DNA of 64,000 nt from Verrucomicrobiota bacterium (GCA_043803015.1 JAZDKK010000023.1:20946-84945); one strand, 5' to 3'; shown: positions 35,914-46,474, counted from the stretch's first letter. Notes: generated by a model from the sequence alone, not told the origin. Numbers and translations are program-made.

Positions 35914-36001
35914 GCCGGCCCCATTGTTCACTTGCGGGGGCGGGTTTCAAGCACCGAGAGGCGCAAGAAGGCGGTGTCGGGCCGGGCTCAGGGACCGGAG
36001 C

Positions 36002-36373
36002 TTAGCCGCCGCCTATGATGTGTTCGGTAGGAACCATCTTGCACACAGGGTCCGTGGCGAGGTCACCGATTTCGTAGGAACTGGCGAATGTCTTCAGGGG
36101 ATTCGCGGGGCAAAAACAGCGGGCGGGGTCACCTTTCAAATAGGGCTCGAGTCCGTTCTGGGGCGGCGTGGCGTCGGGCGGCTGTAGATACTCTAGGCCC
36201 CACTGTTCCTTGGCGGCGTCGATGAGCCGCAAGTTATTGATGCAACCCTGCTTCTGGGCGGCTCTGCGTGAGCGGACATAGGAGGGTATCGCGATCATCG
36301 ACAGCATGCCGATGATAGCGACGACGATCATGATCTCTACAAGAGTAAAAGCCCTTTTCCGGCCCGCTTTCAT
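36002..36373 (-). CDS. prepilin-type N-terminal cleavage/methylation domain protein (type II secretion / type IV pilin-like)
   Basis: MKAGRKRAFTLVEIMIVVAIIGMLSMIAIPS has the G/(A)FTLVE signature with a hydrophobic helix. Confidence 0.75.
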   Translation of the reverse strand: MKAGRKRAFTLVEIMIVVAIIGMLSMIAIPSYVRSRRAAQKQGCINNLRLIDAAKEQWGLEYLQPPDATPPQNGLEPYLKGDPARCFCPANPLKTFASSYEIGDLATDPVCKMVPTEHIIGGG

Positions 36374-36528
36374 AGCGGCTGCAGTCCTTTCCGGTCTGGC
36401 TCAGGGCAATTACCCGCTCTCTGCAAAACAGGATACACCACAAAGGACCTTTCTGTGTAGGGCACCTCCTACAGACTGAAGCCGTGTACATATAACAGCC
36501 TGGGCGGGAGATAGTTACGCTGCCGAGA

Positions 36529-39500
36529 CTACGGCTGGGTGCGCACCCGGTAGAACCTGGCGGCCGCGCCCGACGTCGCGTCGGTGTAGACGTTCTCGGG
36601 GGCCGTGGCCGGGATGCCCAGTTGGAGCTGCTGGAACCCTCCCTCCGTGTCCACGAGGTCGGTCGAGCGGAACAACCCGTACTGCCTGCCCGACACGCTG
36701 TGCCAGCGCACCACGAACCCGGTGCTGCCGCTGGAGAGCGGCGAGTACAGGCGGAAGTACGAAACGGCGTCCTTGGGGTTCGTGCCCGCGTAGCTCTCGT
36801 CGCGGTCCTGCGAGTGATCTGTGTCCCAGTCGGAAACGGCCGAGGCGATGGCCAGGCTGGCGAAATACTGCATCTCCCAGCCGTCGGAGATCCCGTCCCC
36901 GTCCGAATCGGCCAGCGCCATGCCGACCTCGATCGGGTTGAGATCCACCATGCTGAACCCGTAGTTGCCGCTGGACGTGGGCGAAGCGGACCGGGCGAGG
37001 TAGTTGCCCGAGATGTACCGGTCCTGGTTGTTCGTGCTCGTGTTGACGACCAGCCCGGCCAGCACGCAGTTCGTGATGACGCCGATCCCGTTGGTCGAGC
37101 ACCCGAGGCTGGCCAGCGGAATGCCGCACTCCCAGCGGAGCATCAGCCGGCTGCCGTCCATGTCCGTCGCCGTCACGGCCAACGTGCCGGTCCCGTCGAA
37201 CTGCGAAAGCCGCGCGCCGGCCACCGGGTCGAACCGGCCGTACCGGGACAGGTAGAACACGCCCTGGCCGAAGTCGTAGCCGTCCCCCAGGTTGAAGTTG
37301 GTGAAGGTCCCGTCGCCGTACTCGTCGCCGATCACGATGGCGATGTCTACCGGCTTGGCGAAGGTGACGTTGTGCAGGAAGTCCAGCCCGCTGGGGAAAC
37401 CGGTGATGCCCCAGAGATTCGGCTGGTCATCGGGCAGGGTGTTGAAGCCCAGGAAGATGATCATCGCGTTGTTGCTGCCGGCCATGTCGCAGCCGATGCC
37501 GCCGATGTAGAAGTTGTTCGGGTCATAGTTGACGTAGACCCGGCCGAAACTGCCGAACCCGGCCTGGTTGGACGTCTGCGCGTACCCGCCGCCCTTGTTC
37601 AGGTCGAAGTTGTCGCCGATGTTGTTCTGCTCGCCGGCGTCATCCGTGACCGTGGGCGAGCCCTCGATCAGCCGGATGCCCGCCTGGGCTACCGCGCCCG
37701 TGCAGCCGACCACCACGACCGACCAGTCCTGGGCGCCGTTGTTGTCCCAGGTGTTCGAGCCGTCCTGGAAACAGCAGTTGATCTGCTCCGTGGCTTCGGG
37801 CGGCGAGTACGTGTAGGTCCATGTGCTGCCCACCTTCCCCATCGCCACGTCCGTTACGTCCTGCCAGTTGTTCCGGCCGACATGGATGTATACCTGCGCC
37901 GCGGTCTTCAGCGGGCCCTGGTTCGGGTGATACGTGATGCCGACGTTCCCGCAGCCGACCGGGCTGGCCGGACTGAACGCGACCGAGGACGGCCCGCCCG
38001 TGCTGCAGGACGAGACGGCCACGGACCAGTACTGGCCCGTACCGCCATCCACGATCGTCGGGCTCGCGTTCGAGTTGGCGAAGAAGACCCTCATCTCGGC
38101 CGTGCCGCTCGCCACGCCGTTCGAGAACACCCACGCGCTGTTGGTCCACGCCATCTGGAACACCTCCCACCCCAAACCCCGGTGGAGGCTGACGTACACC
38201 GGCGAGGCGTTGGAGAGCGGCCGCCCGGCGGGGGTGTACGTGGTGGTGATGAAATCCGTGTCGCAGTCGCGCGGAGCGGCGGGCGAGAAGACCACGGGCG
38301 AGTTCGTGCCGGCGCAGTTCGTGACGGACACCCCGTAGTCCGAGCCGCTGTTGTTGTCCCAGGTGCCCGCACCGTTGTTGAAGCAGCAGTTGATCTGGTA
38401 CGTGCCCGGCGGCGGAGAATACGTATGCTTCCACACGACGCCCGTCTTCGTCATGGCCGGGTCCGGGCTCAGCACGCCCTGCCAGCCGTTGTAGCCGATG
38501 TGGATCCGGACCTCGGCCGCGTTGGAGAGCACGCCGTCGTTCGGCGCGTACGTGATCTCGACGGGATCGCACCCGCTCGGCGCCGGCGGGCTGAACGTGG
38601 CCGCCGCGGCCACCTGGCAGTGGGAGATCGCCACCGACCAGTTGTCGCCGTTGTTGTTGTCCACCGTCCCGCTCTCGTCCGCCGTGTTCCGGAAATACAC
38701 GATCGCGTTCGTGGAGCCGGATGGAATGGCGTTCGTGCGGATCCACGAGGCGGTCCCGGCGGAGCTCATGACGTAGTTCGAGGCGGCCGTGGCGAAGTTG
38801 TCGAACGCGATCTTGAGGTAGACCGGCGAGGCATTGCTCAGCGGCCGGCCCGAGGCGGCGTAGCGCGTCACGAGGTTGCCGCAGTCCTGCGGCTGGGCCG
38901 GCGTGAAGTCCACGGCGGTCGTCACGTTGCTGAGGCCCACGAACACGTGCAGGATGTCGCTCCGGTTCGTGTTGCCTTTGCCGTCCACGGCCTCGACGAA
39001 GTAGTCGATGAGCACGTTGTTCTGGCCCGCGATGGGCGCGCGGTACTCCTCGGCGCGGTACGTCGCTTCCGGCACGATGTTGTCGGGGCCCTTCACCTTG
39101 GGATCCCACTGGTTCGTCATGGTCTGGGTGTTCCACGCGTTGACCTCACCCCCGCCGAAGTAGGTCTCGTTCTGGATCGAGGAGATGGGGTTGCGTCCGT
39201 CCTTGTCCGTGCGCCAGTAGAGCCGCGCCACCGCCACCGTGTTGACGTCGTACACGTACGTCCAGACCTCGAAGTCCGACGACGCCGGCGTGGCCTCGTT
39301 CCACATGTAGCCGCCGGGGTTGTAGGAGTTCCGCTGCGGCGGGAAGAGGCTGGGCCCGTTGGTGTCGACGCCCGGATGCCGGCCGATCACCTGGTCCGCA
39401 TACCACACGGCCGTGTTGCAGGCGCGCGTCGCATTGCCGTCCCAGGGGTTGCCGCGGTCCAGGTCCCAGTACCAGTAGCAGGACGTCTCGCCGTTGAGGT

Positions 39501-40854
39501 AGAAGTGCCAGGCCTTGGCCGTGTCCGAACCGATGCCCCACTCCACGTCGTTCATAGAGTAGCTGTTCTCCAGGCTGTCGGCCAGGATCACGCGGTTCTG
39601 CGCGGCGACGAGCACCGACCACGACCAGTGGTCCGGGTTCTCCCCGTTCACGTACGTCGAGGAGAGCCATTTTTCGAAGTACGGAGTCCCGCCGTCGATG
39701 CCCACCCATGAACCCGGCTCCACGTGGATGACGACGCCGGGGTCGGGCGGATACATCTGGAGGTAGTCCTGCACCGTGGTGTTCTCGAAATCGTTGTTGT
39801 TCTGGCACATGTCGAGGAAGTACCCGTGCTGGGCGTGCCAGGCGTCGGAGTTCTTCAGGCCGTAGTTGTCGCCGTCGCTGTGGCAGAGCAGGAGCATGGG
39901 ATGCTGGGCGTTGTTGTTGACGGCGGACACGTGGGCGCCCCACACGTTCTCCGGCTTGAACGCGCCGTACCCGCCGCGCCCGTTCTCGTTGCCCTCGTAC
40001 CGGCCGGCCGGCACCGCGACGATCTTCTGGATGGTCCCGTTCCACGGGTTGACGTGCTGAACGTAGTGCGGCTGGTACGCCCAGGGCGCGAGCACTTTCG
40101 TGGGCGCCCAGACGTTCTGGAGCTGGACCCACTGGCTGCCCAGAGCCTCCGCGCTCGGGTTCAGCACGTCCGCCGGGTTGGGCCGGCAGGAACTCCCGCT
40201 GTTCCAGGGGAACCCCTCGACGGCGCGGAACAGGTGCCCGTTGTCCACGATCACCCATTCCATCCCCTCCTCGACCAGCGCGGGGATGATCGATTCGGCA
40301 AAGGCGCACTCGGGCGGCCAGAATCCCTTGGAGTAGTCGCCGCCCGTGTTCCACAGGTCCTTGTACTGCTCCTTGTGCAGGCGGATCTGCATCTTCATGG
40401 CTTCCTTGCACGTCAGCGGCATGAGGCTGTGGTGGTACGGGATGCCGACCATGTCCAGGCGCGGGTTGTTCCGGCTCGTCCTCAGGCCGTTCCGGGCCCA
40501 CCGGTAATCGCCCGGCCACGAACCGCCCCACATGTTGTTCAGGTTCTCGCCCAGCGACCCGGAGAAGCTGCACTGCGCGCCGGCGTGCGCCATGCTGCGG
40601 TCTGCCCCCTGCTGGACCGCGTCTTTCGGCCACGACGTGTAGTTCGGCGTTCGGTCGTTGATCACGCCCTGCACGCTGAAATTGAACCGCCCGTTGGCGT
40701 CGATCGTCTGCGGCGACTCATACGGGAAGTAGATCGGCTGGTGCATGTGCCACAGGTAGGTCACATGGATGGGTTCGGAGGCCCGGGCGGCGACGACGGC
40801 CGACGCCGCCAGCGCCACCAGGCCCAGCTTGAGGGCAGCGCGAGTCTGCTTCAT
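36529..40854 (-). CDS. secreted GH57-family glycoside hydrolase with four tandem CBM25/26-like starch-binding modules and a C-terminal DxDxDG calcium-binding-like tail
   Basis: Signal peptide present. GH57 motifs are HMHQPIY, GFWPPECAF (nucleophile Glu), EWVIVDNGHLF and LLCHSDGDNYG (acid/base Asp). A ~95-aa module carrying ..WDNN.G.D(W/Y)SV.. recurs four times. Then DSDGDGISDGWE follows. Confidence 0.85.
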   Translation of the reverse strand: MKQTRAALKLGLVALAASAVVAARASEPIHVTYLWHMHQPIYFPYESPQTIDANGRFNFSVQGVINDRTPNYTSWPKDAVQQGADRSMAHAGAQCSFSGSLGENLNNMWGGSWPGDYRWARNGLRTSRNNPRLDMVGIPYHHSLMPLTCKEAMKMQIRLHKEQYKDLWNTGGDYSKGFWPPECAFAESIIPALVEEGMEWVIVDNGHLFRAVEGFPWNSGSSCRPNPADVLNPSAEALGSQWVQLQNVWAPTKVLAPWAYQPHYVQHVNPWNGTIQKIVAVPAGRYEGNENGRGGYGAFKPENVWGAHVSAVNNNAQHPMLLLCHSDGDNYGLKNSDAWHAQHGYFLDMCQNNNDFENTTVQDYLQMYPPDPGVVIHVEPGSWVGIDGGTPYFEKWLSSTYVNGENPDHWSWSVLVAAQNRVILADSLENSYSMNDVEWGIGSDTAKAWHFYLNGETSCYWYWDLDRGNPWDGNATRACNTAVWYADQVIGRHPGVDTNGPSLFPPQRNSYNPGGYMWNEATPASSDFEVWTYVYDVNTVAVARLYWRTDKDGRNPISSIQNETYFGGGEVNAWNTQTMTNQWDPKVKGPDNIVPEATYRAEEYRAPIAGQNNVLIDYFVEAVDGKGNTNRSDILHVFVGLSNVTTAVDFTPAQPQDCGNLVTRYAASGRPLSNASPVYLKIAFDNFATAASNYVMSSAGTASWIRTNAIPSGSTNAIVYFRNTADESGTVDNNNGDNWSVAISHCQVAAAATFSPPAPSGCDPVEITYAPNDGVLSNAAEVRIHIGYNGWQGVLSPDPAMTKTGVVWKHTYSPPPGTYQINCCFNNGAGTWDNNSGSDYGVSVTNCAGTNSPVVFSPAAPRDCDTDFITTTYTPAGRPLSNASPVYVSLHRGLGWEVFQMAWTNSAWVFSNGVASGTAEMRVFFANSNASPTIVDGGTGQYWSVAVSSCSTGGPSSVAFSPASPVGCGNVGITYHPNQGPLKTAAQVYIHVGRNNWQDVTDVAMGKVGSTWTYTYSPPEATEQINCCFQDGSNTWDNNGAQDWSVVVVGCTGAVAQAGIRLIEGSPTVTDDAGEQNNIGDNFDLNKGGGYAQTSNQAGFGSFGRVYVNYDPNNFYIGGIGCDMAGSNNAMIIFLGFNTLPDDQPNLWGITGFPSGLDFLHNVTFAKPVDIAIVIGDEYGDGTFTNFNLGDGYDFGQGVFYLSRYGRFDPVAGARLSQFDGTGTLAVTATDMDGSRLMLRWECGIPLASLGCSTNGIGVITNCVLAGLVVNTSTNNQDRYISGNYLARSASPTSSGNYGFSMVDLNPIEVGMALADSDGDGISDGWEMQYFASLAIASAVSDWDTDHSQDRDESYAGTNPKDAVSYFRLYSPLSSGSTGFVVRWHSVSGRQYGLFRSTDLVDTEGGFQQLQLGIPATAPENVYTDATSGAAARFYRVRTQP

Positions 40855-40934
40855 AAGGAAGAGAATACCCCAATCCGCCCCGCCGTAGAGCCCCCTTTAC
40901 GCGGGCTACCCTAGCCCGGATAAACCGGGCTCTA

Positions 40935-42065
40935 CTAGTCGAGCCGCTTGTGGAATTTCATGACGGCCAGGCTGAGAATGCCCACGCCCCAGACCAGCAG
41001 GATCGCGGCGTCCGGCCAGAGCTCCGCCCACCCGGTCCCCTTGAGGAAGATCCCGCGGACGATGATCAGGTAGTACTTCAGCGGGATCATGTGGGCGATC
41101 CAGCGGATGGGCACCGGCATGTTCTCCACCGGGAAAATGAACCCGGAGAGGAGCACGAACGGCATCATGACGAAGAACGCCGCCAGCATCATGGCCTGCT
41201 GCTGCGTCTTCACCAGCGTGGAGACAAAGGTGCCCAGTCCGAGCGTAGTGAGCAGGAAGAGGCCCGAGCAGAGGTACAGCAGGAGCAGGCTTCCCCTCAG
41301 GGGCACGCGGAAAACCAGGAAGATCACGGCGAGCGCCAGCGTGACCTCGATGAAGCCGATGACCACGAACGGGAGCAGCTTGCCGGCGATCACCTCGCTG
41401 GACCGCAGGGGGGTCACGAGGACCTGCTCCATCGTGCCCTCCTCGCGCTCCTTGACCAGCGCCATGCTGGACACCACCATCGTGGTGACCATCAACAGCA
41501 GGCCCATGAGCGCGGGCACCGTGAAGAAACGGGAGAGCAGCTCCGGGTTGTACCACGCCCGGGTTTCCGAGACCACGGCCGGCAGGCGCACGCCCCGCCG
41601 CGCGAGCTCATCCGCCACCACCTGCACGAGCCGCTGGGAATAGAGCCGCGTCGCCTTCTGGAGGTAGTTCAGCCCCTGCACCGCAAAGTTGCTGTCTGCA
41701 CCATCCACCAGGACCTGGACCTGCGAGGGACGCCCGCCGACGAGCTTCTGGCCGAATCCTCTCGGGATGACCAGCAGCAGGCCCGCACGGCCCTCGACCA
41801 GCAGGTCCCCGTCGCCGCCTTCGGCGCCCGTCAGCATGGTGGTCTGGAAGTAGCCCGACGACGCCACGGTTCGGACGTACTCGCGGCTCTGGTACGAGCG
41901 GTCCTGGTCGCGGACCGCCAGCGAGATCTGCCGGAGGTCGGTCGTCACCGCGAAGCCCATGATCGTCAGTTGAATGAGCGGCGCGATGATCAGGATTCCG
42001 AACAGGGTCCTGTCCCGCCGGATCTGCTTAAGTTCCTTGATGACAAGTACTTTGATGCGTTTCAT
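40935..42065 (-). CDS. ABC-2 type transporter permease
   Basis: The start is MKRIKVLVIKELKQIRRDRTLF. It has a large periplasmic loop and a 6-TM ABC-2 domain. Confidence 0.85.
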   Translation of the reverse strand: MKRIKVLVIKELKQIRRDRTLFGILIIAPLIQLTIMGFAVTTDLRQISLAVRDQDRSYQSREYVRTVASSGYFQTTMLTGAEGGDGDLLVEGRAGLLLVIPRGFGQKLVGGRPSQVQVLVDGADSNFAVQGLNYLQKATRLYSQRLVQVVADELARRGVRLPAVVSETRAWYNPELLSRFFTVPALMGLLLMVTTMVVSSMALVKEREEGTMEQVLVTPLRSSEVIAGKLLPFVVIGFIEVTLALAVIFLVFRVPLRGSLLLLYLCSGLFLLTTLGLGTFVSTLVKTQQQAMMLAAFFVMMPFVLLSGFIFPVENMPVPIRWIAHMIPLKYYLIIVRGIFLKGTGWAELWPDAAILLVWGVGILSLAVMKFHKRLD

Positions 42066-42066
42066 G

Positions 42067-43191
42067 TCAAATCGACTTCCGCGTGTTGTGCGCCGCCAAG
42101 ATGTTGAACAGGATGCCGAGGGCAAGCATCCCCCCGAGCTGCGGCCAGAGATCGTGGAGCGCCGCGCCCTTCAGGATGATCTCGCGCAGGGCGGCCACGA
42201 AGTACCGCGGGATCACCACCACGGTCAGCGCCTGGATCGGGACCGGCATGTTCTTGATCGGGAAGATGAGCCCGGAAAGGATGACCGACGGCAGGAGCGA
42301 CGTGATGATGGCGATCTCGAAGGCCACGCGCTGCGACTTCGTCACCGACGAGATCAGCACGCCCATCCCCAGCGCGGCGAAGAGGAACAGCAGGGTGGCC
42401 AGGCCGAGGAGGAAGAACGAGCCGCGGACCACCACGCCGAACAGGACGTAGCCCAGGATCAGGATGATCGTCATGGTGACCAGGCAGATGAACACATACG
42501 GCAGGAGCTTGCCCAGGATCAGCTCCTCCGGCCGGAGCGGCGACACCATCATCTGCTCCATGGTCTCCCGTTCCTTCTCGCGCACGATGGACATCGAGGT
42601 CGCCACCACCGCCGAGAGCATCAGCAGCATGCCGATGAGGCCCGGCACCAGGAACCGCGCGCTGATCAGCTCCGGGTTGAACCAGATGCGCGGCTCCGGG
42701 ACCACGAAGGGAAGCGCCGCCGGCACGCCGGCTTTTCCCAGCGCGTCCGCGCGGAGTTTTCGCGTGGCGCGATCGGTCAGCGCATCCATGTAGCCCACCG
42801 CCGTCAGGGCCGCGTTCGCATCGGATCCATCCACGAGGAACTGCACCTTGACCGTTTCGCCGCGCGAGAGCCCACGGGCGTATCCCCGGGGGACGGCCAG
42901 CACGGCCCGCACGCGCCCGCGGTTGAGCAGGTCGTCCGCTTCCTGGATCCTCGAGAGCGTGCGGACGCGGTCGAAGTAGGGATTCTGAAACAGGCTGTCG
43001 AGGAAGGCCCGGCTCTCCTGCGTCCGGTCGAGGTCGAGCACGCCCACGCGGATATGCTTCACGTCGAACGACAGGGCATAGCCGTAGATCACCAGCAGGA
43101 AGGCCGGCACGAGGATGAGGACGCCGAGCGACAGCGGGTCGCGGCCAATCTGCCGGAACTCCTTCTTGAAGACCGCCCAGAAGCGCCTCAT
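42067..43191 (-). CDS. ABC-2 type transporter permease (paralog)
   Basis: MRRFWAVFKKEFRQIGRDPLSL.. It has the same architecture as the downstream permease. Confidence 0.85.
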   Translation of the reverse strand: MRRFWAVFKKEFRQIGRDPLSLGVLILVPAFLLVIYGYALSFDVKHIRVGVLDLDRTQESRAFLDSLFQNPYFDRVRTLSRIQEADDLLNRGRVRAVLAVPRGYARGLSRGETVKVQFLVDGSDANAALTAVGYMDALTDRATRKLRADALGKAGVPAALPFVVPEPRIWFNPELISARFLVPGLIGMLLMLSAVVATSMSIVREKERETMEQMMVSPLRPEELILGKLLPYVFICLVTMTIILILGYVLFGVVVRGSFFLLGLATLLFLFAALGMGVLISSVTKSQRVAFEIAIITSLLPSVILSGLIFPIKNMPVPIQALTVVVIPRYFVAALREIILKGAALHDLWPQLGGMLALGILFNILAAHNTRKSI

Positions 43192-44147
43192 GATTTCTGC
43201 CTTTCAGCCTGCCGCTGCACCAGCCGCACGAACGCATCCTCCAGGGACACCGCCACGGCCTCCACGGCGCGCACGTCAAGCCCGCGCCCGCGGATCGCCT
43301 GTTCCAGCGTCCCCGGCGTGTACGCCCCGCGCCGGCAGAACACGTGCAGGTGCTGGCCGAAGTACGTGGCCGCCGCCACTCCGGCCAGTCCCTCCATCTC
43401 GTCGAGGGCGCCGCGAAAACGGAGCAGCGTCACCTCGAACAGGTCCTCGTCCACCGCCGTCCCCTTGATGGCCCTGGGCGTGTCGAGGGCCACCAGTTGT
43501 CCCCCGCTGATGAAGCCGAGCCGTCCGCAGTATTCCGCTTCGTCCATGAAGTGCGTGGTGATCAGTATGGTTACGCCGCGAGCCGACATGTCCTGGATCA
43601 GGTCCCAGAACAGGCGCCGCGACACCGGATCGACGCCGCTCGTGGGTTCGTCGAGGAACAGGATGGGCGGCTCGTGCAGAATGGCGCATCCAAGCGCCAG
43701 CCTTTGCTGGAGCGCGCCCGAGAGGGTTCCGGTCAGATGGCTCTCAAACCCTTTGAGCCCCGCCATCCCGATGACTGATGCCTCCCGGTCGCGGAGCCGG
43801 CGGCCTTCGAGCCCGTACACCCCGCCGAAGAACGCGATGTTCTCCTCCACGGTCAGGTCCTTGTAGAGACTGAACTTCTGGGACATGTAGCCGATGTTCT
43901 GGCGCACCTTCTCCGGGTCCCGGTTGATGTCGAACCCGCCGACGGTGGCGGTGCCGACTGTCGACGACAGCAGCCCGCAGAGCATCCGGATCGTGGTGGA
44001 CTTGCCGGCGCCGTTGGGCCCAAGGAAGCCGAAGATCTCGCCCCGGGTTACGCTGAAGCTGAGCCGGTCCACGGCGGTGAACTTGCCGAAGACCTTGGTC
44101 AGGTCCCGCACTTCGATCACCGGTGCGCTGTTATCGCCTAGGTCCAC
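43188..44147 (-). CDS. ABC transporter ATP-binding protein
   Basis: It has the Walker A GPNGAGKST, the signature LSGALQQRL and the Walker B ILFLDEP. It overlaps the permease start by 4 nt. Confidence 0.9.
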   Translation of the reverse strand: MDLGDNSAPVIEVRDLTKVFGKFTAVDRLSFSVTRGEIFGFLGPNGAGKSTTIRMLCGLLSSTVGTATVGGFDINRDPEKVRQNIGYMSQKFSLYKDLTVEENIAFFGGVYGLEGRRLRDREASVIGMAGLKGFESHLTGTLSGALQQRLALGCAILHEPPILFLDEPTSGVDPVSRRLFWDLIQDMSARGVTILITTHFMDEAEYCGRLGFISGGQLVALDTPRAIKGTAVDEDLFEVTLLRFRGALDEMEGLAGVAAATYFGQHLHVFCRRGAYTPGTLEQAIRGRGLDVRAVEAVAVSLEDAFVRLVQRQAERQKS

Positions 44148-44165
44148 GGCTTCGATTCCTTTCGC

Positions 44166-45530
44166 TCATGGCTTCCCGGCCCGAAGCAGGCCCATGGCGT
44201 GGTCCAGCCCAGCCCGGGCCAGGGCCACGTCCGCCCGGGCCGCGATGACTTGGTTCTGTGCCTCGGTGAGCTGGGCATGCGCATCGAGCACGTCGGAATG
44301 ACGGGCCAGGCCGTTCTTCCAGAGGTCCGTTGCCGCGGCGAGGTTGCGCGTGGCGCTCAACTCCGCGCGCTCGGCGACGGTCACCCGCTCCAGGGCATCC
44401 TTCAGGTTGATGCCCGCTTCCTTGACCTCGAGCGTGATCTGTTCGTTCTTGTGCTGGAGCCGCAGGTGGGCCTGGGTGGCGCGGGCGGCGGCCTCCGAGG
44501 CTCGCGCGCGGGTGAGTCCCCAGTCCAGCAGGTTCCATGTCACGGCCACGCCCACGTACGTGTCGTCCTGCCACTCGTCCGCCGGCGGGATGTTGAGGAT
44601 GTTCGGATTTGCCTGTTCGTAGTGCGCGGTCAGGAAAAGCTGGGGCCGTAGGCCCGCTCGGCTTGCCTTCGCTGCGGCTTCGGAGGATTTCGCCTCCAGT
44701 TCGCCCGCGGCCCGGTCCGGCCGGTTGGAGGCCGCCGCGCCCAGCGACTCCACTTCGGGCGGCACGGTCTGGCCGGGCGGCACGGCGGCCTGCTGGGGAA
44801 CCGCGTTGCCGGGGAGCTCGCGGCAGGTGAGGAAGGTGATCCGGGCGCGGGATACCTCCGTGCGGCGCCGCGCTTCTTCAAGGCGAAGGCGGGTCTGGTC
44901 GAGCAGCACGTCGGTGGCCAGCGCGTCGTTGTCGGTGGCGAGGCCTGCCGCGTGGAGGTTGTGCATGTCCGTGGCGTGGGCCGCCATCCGGTCCGTCGCC
45001 GCTTTCAGCGCCTCGAGCGAGTAGTAGGCTTTGGACCAGTTCCAGTAGGCTGTCAGCGCTTGCAGGGCGAGATCCGACTCGGTGCTGCGGCGCGTCTCGC
45101 GGACCGCTTGACGCTGGTAGTTCGCTCCCTTCTTCTCGTTCCCGATCCGGCCACCGGTGTAGACCGGCTGGGAGAGCCGCACGGCGGCGCCGTAGCGGTC
45201 CGGGATGGCCGGGATCACCATGCCGGGGCCCAAGGCCGAATCCGTCAGGCCCTCGTAGTGTCCGGCGTGGGCGTCAAGGCTGAGCGAGGGAAACGCCTGG
45301 GCATCGGCCTGTGTCTTCTGCGCCTGGGCGACAGCCACCTCCTGATCCGAGAGCTTGAGCACAGGGCTGTACGCCAGCGCGTCAGCCACCACCCGCTCGG
45401 GACTGACGGTGGGGTTGTTCTCCTCGGCTCGCACCAGCGCAGGCAAGCCGACCAGAAGCAGAGTCAACCCGCCCAACAGGACCCGACATTCGGCATTCGG
45501 CCATCGGCCATCGGCCATGGTGCGTTTCAT
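44166..45530 (-). CDS. TolC-family outer membrane efflux protein
   Basis: The start is MKRTMADGRW.., followed by a signal peptide. It has the duplicated TolC coiled-coil/beta-barrel repeat architecture. The ORF-track 711-aa version over-extends upstream. Confidence 0.85.
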   Translation of the reverse strand: MKRTMADGRWPNAECRVLLGGLTLLLVGLPALVRAEENNPTVSPERVVADALAYSPVLKLSDQEVAVAQAQKTQADAQAFPSLSLDAHAGHYEGLTDSALGPGMVIPAIPDRYGAAVRLSQPVYTGGRIGNEKKGANYQRQAVRETRRSTESDLALQALTAYWNWSKAYYSLEALKAATDRMAAHATDMHNLHAAGLATDNDALATDVLLDQTRLRLEEARRRTEVSRARITFLTCRELPGNAVPQQAAVPPGQTVPPEVESLGAAASNRPDRAAGELEAKSSEAAAKASRAGLRPQLFLTAHYEQANPNILNIPPADEWQDDTYVGVAVTWNLLDWGLTRARASEAAARATQAHLRLQHKNEQITLEVKEAGINLKDALERVTVAERAELSATRNLAAATDLWKNGLARHSDVLDAHAQLTEAQNQVIAARADVALARAGLDHAMGLLRAGKP

Positions 45531-46474
45531 GTCTTGTCTCCTTGTCCCAAAAGCGCCACGAACACATCCTCCAGCGACGGCGGCACTTCCCTGAACGTGG
45601 CCGGCCCCAAGCCCTGCTCGCCGAGCCACCGTTCCGATGCTCGCGCGTCCTGCTCGCCTTCCCGGGTCCAGTAGTGCACGCGGTCTCCGTACAGCACGAC
45701 GCTGGCCGTGGTCCGCTTCGCGCGGAGCGCCTTGTACACGGCCGCCGGTGCGTCCGTCTCCACGCTGTACACCTTGCCCGGCATGGCAGCCTTCACCTCG
45801 TCCGGCGTCCCCGTCATGAACATCCGGCCGTGGTGGATCAGTCCGATGCGGTGGCAGCGCTCGGCCTCGTCCAGGTACGGGGTTGTCATCACGATTGTCA
45901 CGCCCCGCTCGAGGATCCCGCTCAGGATGTTCCAAAACTCGCCGCGGGAGACGGGATCCACGCCCGTGGACGGCTCGTCCAGGAAGAGGAGGTCGGGCGT
46001 GTGGACCAGCGTGCACGCGAGGGCCAGCTTCTTCTTCATGCCGCCGGAGAGCGCCTGGGCGAGCCGGCGACGAAACGGCGTCAGCCGGGTGAACTCCAGC
46101 AGCTCGTCCCTGCGCGCCTGGAAGCCGCTGACCCCATGAAGCTCCGCGAGGAACTCGATGTTCTCGTCCACCGTGAGATCGCCGTACAGCGTGAAGTTCT
46201 GCGAGAGGTAGCCGATGCGCTTCTTGATCTGTTCGGCTTCGCGGCGAAGGTCGAACCCCAGGACCTGCCCCTGGCCGCCGGTGGGTTTCAGGATGCCGCA
46301 CAGGAGCCGGATAGCCGTGCTCTTGCCGGCGCCGTCCGGTCCGACCAGTCCGAACATCTCCCCCCGCCGTACATCAAGGTCCAGGCTCGCCACGGCGGCC
46401 ACGTCCCCAAACAGCCGCGCGAGACCTTGGGTCGTCACTGCTGGAACATCTTCTGTAGTAATCTGTTGCATCAC
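45527..46474 (-). CDS. ABC transporter ATP-binding protein (second ATPase)
   Basis: It has the Walker A GPDGAGKST, the signature LSGGMKKKL and the Walker B LLFLDEP. Confidence 0.9.
   Translation of the reverse strand: MMQQITTEDVPAVTTQGLARLFGDVAAVASLDLDVRRGEMFGLVGPDGAGKSTAIRLLCGILKPTGGQGQVLGFDLRREAEQIKKRIGYLSQNFTLYGDLTVDENIEFLAELHGVSGFQARRDELLEFTRLTPFRRRLAQALSGGMKKKLALACTLVHTPDLLFLDEPSTGVDPVSRGEFWNILSGILERGVTIVMTTPYLDEAERCHRIGLIHHGRMFMTGTPDEVKAAMPGKVYSVETDAPAAVYKALRAKRTTASVVLYGDRVHYWTREGEQDARASERWLGEQGLGPATFREVPPSLEDVFVALLGQGDKT

Noticed and set aside
36622-39711. 1029-aa plus-strand ORF opposite the GH57 gene
   Set aside because: It is the antisense of a gene with clear GH57 and CBM signatures. 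Its composition (RGDA-rich) is typical of a spurious high-GC frame.
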